A stretch of DNA of 63,526 nt, filler included, from Craspedostauros australis (taxonomy: Eukaryota): assembly GCA_030167865.1 (NCBI GenBank). It is 9 parts of 9 records of this genome, joined end to end, with 100 filler letters (N's around TTAATTAATTAA, not from the genome) between each part and the next. Parts side by side here need not be neighbours in the genome. Positions count along the whole stretch, not along the records: positions 11,402 to 41,086 come from JALAGF010003303.1; 8 more parts are not named here. One strand, written 5' to 3'. Each line of letters starts with the position of its first letter. Position 1 is the stretch's first letter. Shown here piece after piece: positions 23,304-35,872 of this stretch. The notes below the pieces were generated by a model that made no database searches, was not told the origin of the DNA, and worked only from the letters and a program-made list of their open reading frames with translations. The translations under genes were made by a program, and so were the position numbers.

Positions 23304-24969
23304 TGTCGTTGTATCGTTTGCTTGTGTGCGTACCTGCGTGTGTGCGTGCGTGTGCTCTCTGTGTGTTTGGTTGCTTGGTGATTTGAATTGTGAGTTCAGC
23401 AAATTGTGAGCATGAGATGTGATGAACTCGAAGTGGGCAGAAGTGACTGAAGAGCACGTGGCGAAACAACACGAAGAAATGAAGCATGCCAGAGAGGCAC
23501 TGTGTGCTGTCCATTGGCACAACTTGTGGTCTTGGTTAGAATTCGGCATGGGCTAATTCGGTCAAACCACGTGATGCGATTGTTACTTGTGTCGTGTCTT
23601 TGTGTCCCTACGACACCGGATACCGGTAAGGCACATATGCACCGGGTCATCGATGGTATTGTTATTGACCTCAATACCACCGAAACTGCCAACTTTGTGA
23701 ATCGCGAAGTTGTTTTTGGATTGGTTTGGTCTTGCGGCATCGCGACTCGGAGAAGATGTTTGATTGCAAGGTGTTGCGGATCGCAGTTTGCGCGTCCTTG
23801 TCACCAGTATGAATATGGTTCGACCAGAGTACTATTGTAATATTATGTATGAGCATAGAGAGTACTAGTAGATCCAGTGTACGTGTAGTAGGATGGATAG
23901 CTCGCACACCATGTGTCCCCATGGGTACCACGAGAATGCAATGCAATGCACGAGTAGCTCGTCCAGGTATGGCAGAGGCGCGATTGGCGTTGTGACTCTT
24001 TGTGTGACGCGAGGGAGTGCTTGAACACGACCACGATGTTTGGACGAGGGATCGCTTTGGCTTCGAAGACGTCGGTGATAGCCGCTGCCATTCGAGACGG
24101 AAGGGCACCACGCATCGCATTCTCTCCAGCGAAGAGGCAGGGGTCCTGATTCATTGTTACGGGGCCTCGATGTAAAGGAATTGGAGGGAATTCAGAATCG
24201 GACATAGAATAGCAGTGCCCAACACGGAGATGAAGTGATTGCGATGAATACGCGCATGTCATCGACACTTGTCTGTGCCCAGGCAGATGATGCCTTTCGA
24301 GACTTGCACAGACAGCCACGGAGCAATACTCATACAGACAGACAGACTTACAAATCTCCCGACTGACAGCTGATCGCTCTGTGTTCATGTGGTACCATAC
24401 GCTCTGTTCCAGGAAATTCATCAACCAAAGATCCACCCCAAGCGACACGAAACAGTCCTGATGGCAGAAGGCATGGAATTGAAGGGAACGTAAGAATTAT
24501 GGGCACAGGGCACAGCGCACAGCGCACAGCGCACAAGCCCCTTCCATCTGTTGTGGTCTCTGCTCTGTTGCGTACGATTCTGCCGCTAGTGCCCCATCTA
24601 ACACCACAATAACCGGCAATGACGTCTGCGTCTCTTTGACGCATCGAGTCCTCAATTCGTTCCTCGCCAGTCGGAGCAACAAACACGATCCATGCCACAG
24701 CAACCACAACATTGGCGAGAGATTGTGTGAGTGGAGGAACTCTCCACGCTCCACATTCCCCCCAACAGCCGCATCATCCTGTGGTCACCTCGCGATGCCA
24801 CAATTCCATCGCTGTGGCCATCTCCACTCCATTAACCTGCCTACAGCCGAACCCATCTGGGTCACCCCCACCTCACTATTTTTCCTCAGCGAACAACATC
24901 GCTTCCTCTGCGAGTACGAGTGTATACGATCACATCCGAACCAATCTTGCATTCTCGACGTTCTTCAAG

Positions 24970-25437
24970 ATGGATCAAGAGCTCAACCGCCACGAAATCG
25001 TCGGCGGTGCATTCATGGAGGCCGAAGGCGATCCTGACACCGTTTGGGATGCCCGCAACAAATGGTTGTTTAGCACCGGTGCCACCATCAACACGTGCAT
25101 CAACGAGATTCCTCTTGTGGACGAGAAGCCGAGCGCCCTCACCGTCCGAACCGTGGTCGGTTCTGTCGATAATGTGCGCTCCGAAGGTCTCGTCACGCTC
25201 ACCGATTCCCTCACCGGCAACAGTCTCAAGATCACAGCTGTCAAGGCACCCGGATTCACCGAGAACATGATCAGCTTCAGCGCGCTCCACGGTATGGGCT
25301 ACAACCTTGACATTAACAACACCTGCGCGAAGATCCTTTATGGCGATTCCGGCGAGGTTGCATTCAAATTCATTAGAGAGGGTGATGGGCGATTCTACAT
25401 GACGACTACAGATGCGCACTTCCAGTCGTCGAACTGA
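24970..25437 (+). CDS. stand-alone Copia-type (Pol_BBD-like) protease-fold protein with catalytic D->S; candidate domesticated retrotransposon gene, 155 aa
   Basis: KWLFSTGATINTC..VKAPGFTENMISFSAL..GY..FIREGDGRFYM aligns by eye with the Copia protease in this window (KWLADTGATCHV..VVPGFAHNIISIPIF..GC..FHREPG..LYFL). It has its own ATG (AAGATGG) and stop codon. Confidence 0.72.
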   Translation: MDQELNRHEIVGGAFMEAEGDPDTVWDARNKWLFSTGATINTCINEIPLVDEKPSALTVRTVVGSVDNVRSEGLVTLTDSLTGNSLKITAVKAPGFTENMISFSALHGMGYNLDINNTCAKILYGDSGEVAFKFIREGDGRFYMTTTDAHFQSSN

Positions 25438-25743
25438 GCACGAGGCCTTCTTCATGAGGGATGCTGGCCATGCGGCAACCGGCGCTTCGGCGACAATGGC
25501 ACGATCATGCGCAACCCTGCAAGGAAATAGGAATCCGTTAACGAAGCCTCTCACGGATAGTCTAGTCTAGTCTACCTTGCTCTGCTCGACGTTGCCTTCC
25601 GAGATCCAATTGGCGCCAATGTTTCCACGAGCGAAGCAACGGAAGCGAGGCGCTAGTTACGAACACTTCGTGATGCGAGAGCATGATGTTGTTGTATGGT
25701 TTTATACGAGAATAGTATGATGCGTGCGTGTTCCATGACCTCA

Positions 25744-27993
25744 TCAGACCCCACGTCCTGCGGCGTTGTCGAGCAACGATGCCTGTTCTCGACCTTGCTG
25801 GTGTGTCTCCCCCTGAGGAGAGTTGGTTTGGCTGGGAGGTTCTATCAAGGCCGCGACAGTTTGGCGCATCCGGCGCGTCCAACGGCTGACGTACACCGTC
25901 ACGTACGGTCGGTACTTCTTTGCCCATGCGCCAACAATGGCGTACACGAAGAAAGCCACACCCGCAAAGAAAAATATCAAGATGAAGTCTTCGTCAGTCA
26001 AAGCGCAAAGGATGCCGGATGCCGCTAGAAGCATGCACATCACACCCATCGCAATGCCGACCTGCGTCATGTGATCCAACACGAGGCCTTGGATGCAGAT
26101 CATGATCGCGAATACGATCATCAATTCATCGAAGCACGTAGGGTATTCCACCGACAGGACACCGTACGAGGTCCAAAGCATCATGTCGCGATCCAGATAA
26201 GGGTGCTTGATGTTGTAGAGGAATAGATGAGCCAGCCACAGAAGCAAGTAGAGCGGAAACGCCCACTCTGAGCCATCCACGTCCTCCTGCAACATGGCGC
26301 CTAACAAAGTAGTCAGTGCGCAGCCGATTGGCACCAATGCTGCGGCCTTGGCCTCGGTTGATTTGAAGATCCACAGACCGCCCCAAGCAGACACGGCAAT
26401 TCCCGGCACCAGCAGCACCCAGGATATCCACTGGCTTCCCCCAGACTTCCGCTCCAGATCAAACCCGTAGATGTGCCTTCCACCAATGCGGATTTCGCTT
26501 GGAAAACTAGTATCGATGATGGTGCTGCCCTTGTACTCCAAGTTGATGTTAGGATGATCCGAAACGAAGACGGAGGCGTTGACGGAGGAACCGCATGACC
26601 TCTGCCGTTCGCAATCCCACGGGATTCCAAGATGGAGGAGCCACATCTGGCCTTGATGGAACTTCGAAATCAAGGGAAGCTTGGATACATCGGAGTGGCT
26701 CACATGGAGCGATCGGATGTCGAAAGCTGTGGTAGAGTTGTGAAAGTATCCAGCGTTGTTATTCTCGTTCTGTTGCGCATGTGTGGACGGGAGCAGATTC
26801 GCTTCGATCCCAGCTGCAAAGTAGCATGTCATGCGTACTTGTATCGGACCGGGCACGAAAGTATGAAAACCGTGCCGGTGATGGAAGCGTCGTCCTTTGG
26901 AAGTGCCATCGCTAGTTCCGGCGCGTTCCTCGTGGACGAAGCAAGCTGAAGTCACGTGGCTTCGCTCCTGCTGAGCCGTCGTCTCGTCCTCCCGTGAGTC
27001 CGAAGATGGCTCGTGCCCCTGAATCTTCTTCTTGGTTTCGCCAACGAACGCCACGGCTGCCTGGGGGTTGATGTACTCCTTGTGAATGTGGATGAAATTC
27101 GGTTCCGGTCCTTCTTGGAACAGGTAGCGATCTGCATCCTCGTTTTGATAGTAATAGCTCCCATCACCATTGTCCAGGCGGGCGATATCCTTCATGCTGT
27201 ACAAGGCGTTACCGTCTGCCATCGTGATTCTGAACGGGCCCGGCAGGTTTGGTTCGACCAGATGCCTGTTTGCCCACTCCTGCAGCCCATCCGGAAGACC
27301 TTTGAAGTTGGCGACGACTGCTGCTGGCTCGTTACGGGCCTTGTCCTCATCCCATTCACCGTAGCTGCTGTGCATGTCATCGATTCTCAAGGCGCTTCGC
27401 AGTTCCGATGGAAACATCGTGGCGATTGCGAAATTGGTGGTGACGGTTGCCAGCATTGCGCCGGAGAAGACGAATAACATGCATGCCAAGTTGATGAAGA
27501 GGGTGACCTTTGGAAGGCGCTGGCCTTGGCAGAAGAATGCGTCCAGTTTCCTGGAGACTTTGGCATGGGCATTGCTGTGATCGTTCGTGCGTGCATCATC
27601 CGCGCTGTTCGCTGTGTCTTCCGTTGCCTGGTCGATGGCATCAACCTGGCGTTGCAGCTCCGGCAAACAGCGATGAAAGAAGATGGCATTTGCGGTCTGC
27701 AGCATCATCAGCGCAACCATGGCGTAGGTATTGGATCGAACCGAACGCATGGAAGACGTCCCATATTCAAAGTGTTCGCTGACAACGCTCGTCTCGAGAA
27801 GGAAGAAGGGAATGTTGATTGCCACGATCCACCTGATGTGAATTGTGAAGAAGGCACGGAAGGCCGCCTTGGATGGGAGGAAGCTCGTGATCGGTGGCAC
27901 AGACTGATCGTCGATTCTGCCACCGCCATGGACCTCAAATGGCGTCACGTTGGATCCGGATGGCGTGGTCGGAGCTGCGTTTGGGATTGTCAT
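25744..27993 (-). CDS. hypothetical polytopic membrane protein (~749 aa)
   Basis: Long intact ORF from MTIPNAAP with ~3 N-terminal TMs, a ~300-aa soluble region and ~7 C-terminal hydrophobic segments. Confidence 0.7.
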   Translation of the reverse strand: MTIPNAAPTTPSGSNVTPFEVHGGGRIDDQSVPPITSFLPSKAAFRAFFTIHIRWIVAINIPFFLLETSVVSEHFEYGTSSMRSVRSNTYAMVALMMLQTANAIFFHRCLPELQRQVDAIDQATEDTANSADDARTNDHSNAHAKVSRKLDAFFCQGQRLPKVTLFINLACMLFVFSGAMLATVTTNFAIATMFPSELRSALRIDDMHSSYGEWDEDKARNEPAAVVANFKGLPDGLQEWANRHLVEPNLPGPFRITMADGNALYSMKDIARLDNGDGSYYYQNEDADRYLFQEGPEPNFIHIHKEYINPQAAVAFVGETKKKIQGHEPSSDSREDETTAQQERSHVTSACFVHEERAGTSDGTSKGRRFHHRHGFHTFVPGPIQVRMTCYFAAGIEANLLPSTHAQQNENNNAGYFHNSTTAFDIRSLHVSHSDVSKLPLISKFHQGQMWLLHLGIPWDCERQRSCGSSVNASVFVSDHPNINLEYKGSTIIDTSFPSEIRIGGRHIYGFDLERKSGGSQWISWVLLVPGIAVSAWGGLWIFKSTEAKAAALVPIGCALTTLLGAMLQEDVDGSEWAFPLYLLLWLAHLFLYNIKHPYLDRDMMLWTSYGVLSVEYPTCFDELMIVFAIMICIQGLVLDHMTQVGIAMGVMCMLLAASGILCALTDEDFILIFFFAGVAFFVYAIVGAWAKKYRPYVTVYVSRWTRRMRQTVAALIEPPSQTNSPQGETHQQGREQASLLDNAAGRGV

Positions 27994-28848
27994 CTTGATC
28001 GGCGAAGGGAACTGGAGGAGCGGTGAAGGATGCGTCGATTTGAGTACGTGACGAGAGGTATACTCTGTACGGGTGCGACTCTCGGGTGTGCGCAACCTGT
28101 ATTTGTGATCACAGTGGCTCGCACGGTAATTGGACGACACCCAATGTTGGGCAATAGAGAGGAGATCCCTCGCTCGTCCAGATTGTGCGCTCTTTGTTGC
28201 AGATGATTGTTGCTGGTGCGGATCTGTTGTGTTCGGAGGAAACTCGGTGAACAACAAGTTCCCACGATGAAAGATTTGAATCGTGTTTGAGATGAGTTCT
28301 TGTTGGAGTTCGGATGTGTTCAGAAACATCAGCACGTCTGCAAGCTCCACGTTTCAACTTGGACACGTTTTCGGAATCCCATATATGGTACTATGGAAGC
28401 GTATTTTAAATATACAAACGATATAGTATCATCTTGGTTCCTGTCAAATCACAAACAACAACAACAACGACGACAGACACAACAGGGAACACAACGCGAG
28501 AGCAGCGGAGACATCACCAAACACTCACAACCTCCCTGAAGTCCAGCCGCTTCTCTCAGAGTCCATTGCATGCAGGGGTGATCAAGCACCAGCTCCGCAA
28601 CCGCACCAGTGCAGTCTCTCCATTGATGCAACTCTCCGTGCAATCGAAAAACGGACAGTCGAAAGATTGCCGCTTCCAAAGTCCACGAATATCCGCGCTG
28701 TGCTTGTCTGCTCTGCGCAAAGATTTGCGTTGATTTGGGCCATCCGAAACGTGCGAACATCTCCGAGGACCTCTGAGTCTCTGCTGCTTGCTCTTCTCTC
28801 CCGCGACATCCTCGCAGCGCACAATCGCAGAAAACGAAGACAGCAAGC

Positions 28849-31800
28849 ATGACGGGATCAGGTTCTTCGTCGTCCGCAAACGGCGCTTCTGGTGGCGATG
28901 CCAGCGGATCGGCTTCGCTGGCGCAGTACCAGTCATTGTGGGATCTGCAGAGCAAGCAGCTGGATCGGTGGGTCAAGACAGTCCACGTCCTCTTTCCGAA
29001 AGGTACGACTGATCATCGGGCGCAGTTGGAATCGGATTCGATTCTCGTGCATCTGCGGGAATGATGGAGTCCTCTCCTCGCCTGCTCTGGTCTGGTCTGG
29101 TGTGCTCTTCTCCAAGTCTGTGGCATGATGTTATATCGTACTGCTACATGCTGCTACATACTCGCACTCTCCTCATTCTTGGAGATGATGCATGAGTGAA
29201 TGCGCGAATGCATTCATTCATGCATACGTTCATTCGTTCATCCAGAGGCGAACAAGCCTGTTGACATTTGATCTCAACAGATGACATTTGTACGACGGCG
29301 GCAGCACTCATGATGGTGATACAGCGTGCGAGTACACCACCAACATCACAATCGTACTACTCGAGTACCATCCTTGTGGATGTGTCCAGGCCGGCGCGAG
29401 AGTTGGTCGAAGCCGATGATGAATTCAGATACCGAAATGCAAACAGAGACTGTGCACTAATGGAAGGCAGTTCATGTGCGGATCATGCATCGGCCTTCCA
29501 TATCTCTGCTTGCATGTATGTATCCGTCTGATTTCTCACATCGTTGTGCAAGCGCCGAATCAATCCGACCCCTGTACTCGTACATTTCCGTTCTCTCTCT
29601 CTCTCTTTGTGCCCACGGCATTTGTTGCAACATGGATGTGCAGCCACGCCAAAGACCAAAGACAAGCTCTCAGACGCTGATCAGAAAAAGTTGGAGGTCT
29701 CTACAGTGCTTTGGAAGAACCTGCAGAAAGGCCTCACGGAGTTGCAGCCTGTGGAAGAACCCATCAAATCACAGGATGACGATGACAACGATGGCGATGA
29801 AAATAGTGCTGGACAGGAACAGGCTTCCAAACGTCAAAAGCTCAACGACAAGTCCTCCAAAAAAGCCAAGCAGAAGAACAAGGCGCCATCGGTGAAGATG
29901 GTCATCAAGGATCCCTTCAATCTCTGGCTTCACACGCTTCGGCGAGATCATGACAACGAGGATGGTGATAACTCAGATGATGACGACGACGAGGAAGAGA
30001 TGTCGGGTGACAATCTGAAGACAAGCATGGGTGGCAAGCTGTCGCAGCTGTCCATTTCCGGTATCCTCAACGGCATGGCGGCGACACCCAATGGCCTCGT
30101 CAAGAACAAGCGATTAACGCCGGTACAGCCAGAATTGAATGACAAGAGCATCGTTCCGTCGCTGGAAGAGCTGAAGGTCACGTTCGCTCAGCTCAAGGCC
30201 GTCGCGCGCACATTCTACAAGGCTCTGCAAACCAAAATGGAGAAGGATGTCCTCATCACAACGCCGCTACGGATCAAGCAGATGCTTGCGCCGGACCTTC
30301 TGCCGCATGAGTTCAAATCAGCCCGCAAACGTATCTACGATACGGTCGTGCTCGGGAAGGGATTGGCAGCACCGGCGGACGATGACGATATCCCCACGGC
30401 CACCGGCGGCACGGTGCATGACATAGAAAAGTTCAAGAAGTGCAAGACTTGCCAAAACAACGACCAATCTCTGTTCGTGCTGGACCGCAAGAATGGCGAT
30501 GTCATTTGCAGCAACTGCGGCACCGTCGCGTCCGAATCGCTGATGCACGAAGGGTCACAGTTCCGTAAATTCGAAGGCGAGGTCGATCGTAATCACCACG
30601 GGGATGCACAGAATCCACTGTACAGCAATGCCCACAACATGTCCACCACGCTGGGCGGTGTGCAGGTTACCACGGGTGCCGGAATCGGCGGCTTCGGTTC
30701 TCAGAAGAAGGGGCTCGAGGTGGTCCTGCGCAACGCCCATGCCTACACGGAGCTCAACATTTCTCAGTTCGGCAAGGGAGATAGACGAACGCGTACGGGA
30801 TACAAGGACAAGCAGAAGAAGGATGCCTTCGTCCAGATGGCGCACTGCGGTGATGCTCTGAGTCTGCACGAGGCGGTGGTCCAACGCGCCAAGGAGCTGT
30901 TTGCTGGATTCCGTGACGATCGTGAATTGGTGCAGCAGTTCAAGGGAATCATCGCAGCATGCCTGTGCGAGGCGTTCGATCAGCTCTCTTCCGCTGGACG
31001 TCGCATCCTGAAGCAGCAGGAGGAAGATGTCGCCTTGCAAGATGAATCCGACAGCAAAGGCAATCGATTCGCCACCAGCGCACGGGCACACCGTCGCAAC
31101 GAATTGCACCATGCCAACCTGGCAGGGCGGGGTGGTCTGCTGCTGGACTTCTCGGCCGTCGAGACCAAGGTGAAGAGCGGGAGCGGCAATGACCCGGCGG
31201 GCAAGGCAAACGCCGCGGCTGCGAATGGAGCAAGCTCAGCCGTGCAATCTAAGGTGGCCAACAAGCCATGCTCCAAGTGGGATCTCGATGATTGCCGCAC
31301 GTGGTTGCTGGAAGCATCCCGATCCATCGCGACGAGATGGATGGAAGAAAGAGCCAAGGCAGCAAAAGCGCAGGTCACGTCCTCCGTTCCCGATCCGGAT
31401 GCCGCCAAGATCCCGAAAGGTTCGAAGGAAGAGCTGGAGGGACGTCTCGTGGAACGAGCTATCGCGCTGTGCGATCTGCTGGAAGCCGAGTCGAAGCAGA
31501 AGGCCAATGCCTCTACAGGCGGCATGAACCGTGGCAGGCGTGCTGTTGTGACGCCACGCGTTCGCGACATGGCCAAGCTGGGCATCAAATGGCAGCACTC
31601 GCACGAGCGCGGTTCCGGTGGCAAGGGTGGGGTTGGCAACAGCGGTGCAGCCAAGAAGAACGCGATGGCTTCCGCTGCCTCGGCAAGGCGCGGCCCAACG
31701 GCTGGGCAGTTACTGATTCTAAAAACCTCCAAGAAGCTCGGCACGATGTTGAAGGACCCTGTCGCCGGGGATGCGATACACAAGGAACTGCGAACGCTAG

Positions 31801-31916
31801 TGGGACGACAAGACGCCATCAAACGGCAGCAGATGCGTGATGAGGCGACCAGGCAGCGATTACTGCAAATGAAGCGCAAGTCGTGGCTCCAGGCTCGGGT
31901 GGATGTCCAAACATGA
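28849..31916 (+). CDS. TFIIB-related protein (Zn ribbon + B-reader + one cyclin-like repeat, long extensions), join(28849..29002,29644..31916)
   Basis: Zn ribbon KCKTCQN..LDRKNGDVICSNCGTV, then EGSQFRKFEGEVDRNHHG, then cyclin helices AFVQMAHCGDALSLHEAVVQRAKELF..IIAACL. The putative intron 29003-29643 (G|GTACGA..GTGCAG) keeps the frame. Confidence 0.8.
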
Positions 31917-32419
31917 CGAGACGGGCTTGAAAGGAGAGGAGCAGACACAAGAACAGAAGCACGGTCATGGACATGGACATGGACATGTGTGGCGGCGAAG
32001 CAACGAGCCATCTGGATGGATGGGTGCGTCTACATGCTTGTGGCGTATCCCACTCCATGTGCTTCACAGCGATTTCACAAAAGAGAAACAATAGACAAAC
32101 AAGTGTACCCCGCTCAATGCGCATCATACTCGCACCAGGCACGGTGGTTGTTTTTCCCAATCTTTGATGCATTTGTTGATCAATACGCTCTATGGCACGA
32201 GCAGCTCGAAATCGAACAGGTGTATGCGCACTGAGACCATGACGTCCGGCTCTCCTCAACAACGACGACGCCTGCAAGGCTGCAGTACTCTATGAGTATG
32301 ATAGGATCTGTAGAGAGGGAGGACTGTGGAGTATTGCATTCTAATGCATTTGCATTACGTGCATGCATTCGACTCGTCTTCACTCAACGCATCTCATCAC
32401 ACGTGCGAGGGCACCACGC

Positions 32420-34066
32420 TCACATCGACTTGAGCAATTTGAACAGCACTGCCGCCTCGCGTATTCTTGAGAATTCGATGCAAAAGGCTTGCACCTCAAA
32501 GTAGATGTCATCGACGTGCACGATCTTGTTGCGCAGGAGGCTCTGGATGAAGACGCAGACCAACCGCACGAGCCGATTTTGTGTGTACCGATCGCCGCCA
32601 TGATGCTGGATGTTTTCGCAGCTCGCGATGCAGCTGGAGATGAAGAGGTTGATGTATTCGGGATGCAGGATTGGTTCTGTGGGTCGTTGTTTCTTGGTGT
32701 TGCGTTGCTGCTGTTGTTGTTGCTGCGGCAGATTGTGCGTGGCTAAGCGATTGACGACCTCCATGACATGCAGGGTCATGTCCATGCCCACCAACGCCGA
32801 TAGGTATTCATTCTTGGTGCTTTCATCGCTGGAGGAGAGGATGATCAGCAAGCACTCGTGGGCGAGGAGAGGATTGTGCTCAACCAATTTGGGCAGATTC
32901 TGCGATGTGAGTCCAGCATCATCCACGAGCTGCAAGAGCGCGTCCTTGTTGACGGTGTTGCGCTTGTCTTCCCAGCTGGCGTTGCGAGCGGATGACATGA
33001 TCTCCAGCACGCGGCGTTGATCGGATATCGTCAAGGGCGATTGGAAGGCCTGCTCTTGGAGCGTTGAAATGACGTAGACAAAGTCTTGGTTCGACTCTTG
33101 ACCTGCTTCGTCGTCGCTGTCGTCGTCGCTGCCATCGTCATCCTCTGGCAGCAGCATCAAACCGAGATTGGTCGGAGTCAACCACACCAGTTCGGAGCGC
33201 AGGTAGTCAATAGCCTTTGCCTCTTCCGCCTCTGTCCACGGCATGTCCTGCTCGTAGCTGTATATCGGCAACACCGGCGGTGGCAGGGGACGCGCAAACG
33301 GCGGATCTAGCGCTGGGAGAGGCTGCAGCAGCTCCTCCATCGAAGTCGTCTCTGCAGCCGCGCCAGCAGACGTCGACATAAACTGCTGTATGAGTCTGCG
33401 ATCGTCATCCGTATTGGCACATATCAGCGGCGAGACATACTCATAGCTCTGGTTCATCTTGTCTCCTCCTTCATCGTGATTTTGTTCCAGCAGCACATTC
33501 CGCAGCGAATCGATTGCATCGGAGGTTGCACCTGACTGGATCAATTGCGAAATGGCGTCGTTCGCATGCTGAGATGAGGCGAGATCTCCATCCTGCTCCT
33601 TGGATTCTGCGTGATCGTTGCTTGGAATCGAAGATAACGATGATTGAATCGTTTGAAAGTGTTCATTGCCCAACGCGGATGACATCATGGACTGAAGCAA
33701 CTCCGTGACGCAATCCTGTTCCACCGAAGGCTGCTGCATGCTTTGCAACACGAGCGCGGCATCGCGCAAGGCCATCGGAAGGATGGACAGCGCATCATCC
33801 TGCGACGACGACAAGCATTCCAACACGAGCAAGCACGCGAGCTGCTGCGGTTGCGTCAGCTGGAATGTCGTCGTTTGCGCTTGCGGCGACAACCCCGTCG
33901 TCAACAGGCTGTGCATGCCCCATGCCATCTCCAACCGCGTCATGCTCTGCTCCTGCTTGACAAAGGTGCGCACATGATCGCGCAATCGATCCAGCAGACT
34001 TCTGGAATTCGCGTCCGCAGTCTGAGGCAGGGAGCCCAGGAAGTTCTGGACGAACGCCGCATTCAT
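32420..34066 (-). CDS. CNOT11: CCR4-NOT transcription complex subunit 11
   Basis: C-terminal DUF2363-type sequence [73 protein letters not shown], with an upstream FARPLPP motif. Confidence 0.92.
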   Translation of the reverse strand: MNAAFVQNFLGSLPQTADANSRSLLDRLRDHVRTFVKQEQSMTRLEMAWGMHSLLTTGLSPQAQTTTFQLTQPQQLACLLVLECLSSSQDDALSILPMALRDAALVLQSMQQPSVEQDCVTELLQSMMSSALGNEHFQTIQSSLSSIPSNDHAESKEQDGDLASSQHANDAISQLIQSGATSDAIDSLRNVLLEQNHDEGGDKMNQSYEYVSPLICANTDDDRRLIQQFMSTSAGAAAETTSMEELLQPLPALDPPFARPLPPPVLPIYSYEQDMPWTEAEEAKAIDYLRSELVWLTPTNLGLMLLPEDDDGSDDDSDDEAGQESNQDFVYVISTLQEQAFQSPLTISDQRRVLEIMSSARNASWEDKRNTVNKDALLQLVDDAGLTSQNLPKLVEHNPLLAHECLLIILSSSDESTKNEYLSALVGMDMTLHVMEVVNRLATHNLPQQQQQQQRNTKKQRPTEPILHPEYINLFISSCIASCENIQHHGGDRYTQNRLVRLVCVFIQSLLRNKIVHVDDIYFEVQAFCIEFSRIREAAVLFKLLKSM

Positions 34067-34632
34067 GTTTGCAGCGCTACACAACTCGTACGCTGGTGGG
34101 GAGACCGACCGCTCCTTGAGGAAGCGACTGTATAGCACTTGAATATCACGAAGGCAAGTCTTTCCTGCTCTTCTCCTCTTTGCCAACAGGTATTATGCTA
34201 TGTCCAGTTTCAGATTTGGATGCCACGGTCTCTCTCTCTTTGTGACAGACGAGGAACGGTAAGGAGCGCCATGGTCGTTCTGTTCCGTTTTGCGTCACGT
34301 TGCTTGGTTTTGGTTCGTTTCGGTTGGGTCTTGTTTACACGTGACTGAAAATGTTGATTGGTCCATTGAGTCGGTCAATAGATTGTTGAGGTCCAACCAA
34401 GATCGCAATTTTGCATTTGTTCTTTGTTGTTGGCCACTTTCTGTTGATGGCTGTGGATGGGCACGTTGATGTGGACGTCGGCGATGTGTTGGGTGGGATG
34501 ATGACGATGGCAACAACAACAACAACAACAACAACATGTCACGTTGGCATCTATGCGGTGGATCCATTGACCCACCTTTCAACTCTAGCTCGTATTATAT
34601 CTCCGTTCACCATCGCCGGAAACGCATGAACC

Positions 34633-35676
34633 ATGAAGATCTGCGCTTCGGTCATCGTTCTTCTGCTGCTGCTGCTTTCATGGGCAAACCCGTCGGATGG
34701 GCTGAGCTCGCCACAATTCCCTGCGTCGTCAACTGCCTCCGATGCATCCAACGCAATCAGCAGGAACACGAGAAGCGATGACGCCATGCAACCATCGCAG
34801 GAGGCCAAACCACCACGTTCCAAGTTGCGACAACGCATCCCCGTGATCCGCTACGAAAACCAATGGGTCTGCGTCAGCAAACCCGCCGGCATGACGATGC
34901 ACCGTTCCAGGCACACGCCGCGCACGCAGCCCGTCCTCAACACGTCCATCAAACGACAGCTGGCGCGCAAGGTCTTTCCCGTGCATCGATTGGATCATCG
35001 CACGTCGGGCGCCGTGCTGTTTGGATTTGATTCGCAGACGAGCGGCAAATTGCATCAGGCCATCAAGGATGGCACGAAGCAGTACATCGCGTTGTGTCGT
35101 GGAGAATGGGGGCATGAGACCGAATCCATCACGATCGATAAACGTCTGCGCATCAAGGACGAATACAAGGACGCCGTGACCAAATTCACCGTGCTGGCAT
35201 CAACGGTGGTCGAAGAAGCACGTCTGCCGGAGACGGATGCATCGACGTCGCAACCGCCTTACAACATGACACGATGTTGCATCGTGTTATGCGAACCTGT
35301 GACAGGTCGGACGCATCAGATCCGTCGCCATGCCTACGCCATGGGACACCCCGTGCTGGGCGATACTGACCACGGTGATTCCAGAGCCAATCGTTGGTGG
35401 AGGCAAAATCATGAACTAAATCGGTTGGCTCTGCATTGCTTGTGCATGGATTTTGAACTAGATGCGTGCCCCGAAACCGTCGTGGCGCCTTTGGGCGATG
35501 AGCTGCTCACGGTCTTGCAGACGTACATCCCCGACGTTTACGCCGAAGCTCTGGCGAAGGATCCAAGATTAAGCTTGCGATCCTTTGACGAAACGGGCGG
35601 GTCCAAGGGAAGGCATTTTCGAACACGGAAGGATGACGATGATGACAGTGGTAAAGATGTTGCTAGCGGCGAGTAA
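34633..35676 (+). CDS. RluA/TruC-family pseudouridine synthase with N-terminal signal/presequence
   Basis: VSKPAGMTMH, catalytic VHRLDHRTSG, KQYIALCRG, TGRTHQIRRH..GHPVLGD and RLALH; hydrophobic N-terminus. Confidence 0.92.
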   Translation: MKICASVIVLLLLLLSWANPSDGLSSPQFPASSTASDASNAISRNTRSDDAMQPSQEAKPPRSKLRQRIPVIRYENQWVCVSKPAGMTMHRSRHTPRTQPVLNTSIKRQLARKVFPVHRLDHRTSGAVLFGFDSQTSGKLHQAIKDGTKQYIALCRGEWGHETESITIDKRLRIKDEYKDAVTKFTVLASTVVEEARLPETDASTSQPPYNMTRCCIVLCEPVTGRTHQIRRHAYAMGHPVLGDTDHGDSRANRWWRQNHELNRLALHCLCMDFELDACPETVVAPLGDELLTVLQTYIPDVYAEALAKDPRLSLRSFDETGGSKGRHFRTRKDDDDDSGKDVASGE

Positions 35677-35872
35677 TCAACTAGTGCATACGCATGGTAT
35701 GTTACGAACGGAGACTATCAAAGAATCAAGTCAAGTAGCAGCACGCTGCCATGAAGTTCTTCTTCAATGATTTACGAGTACAAATCTATGACACGCACTC
35801 CGAAAAAGAGAGAGAGCAGAACCTGCATGGTATGGTGTCTGCACTACATTGTATAAGTTTCTGCCATCCCAT

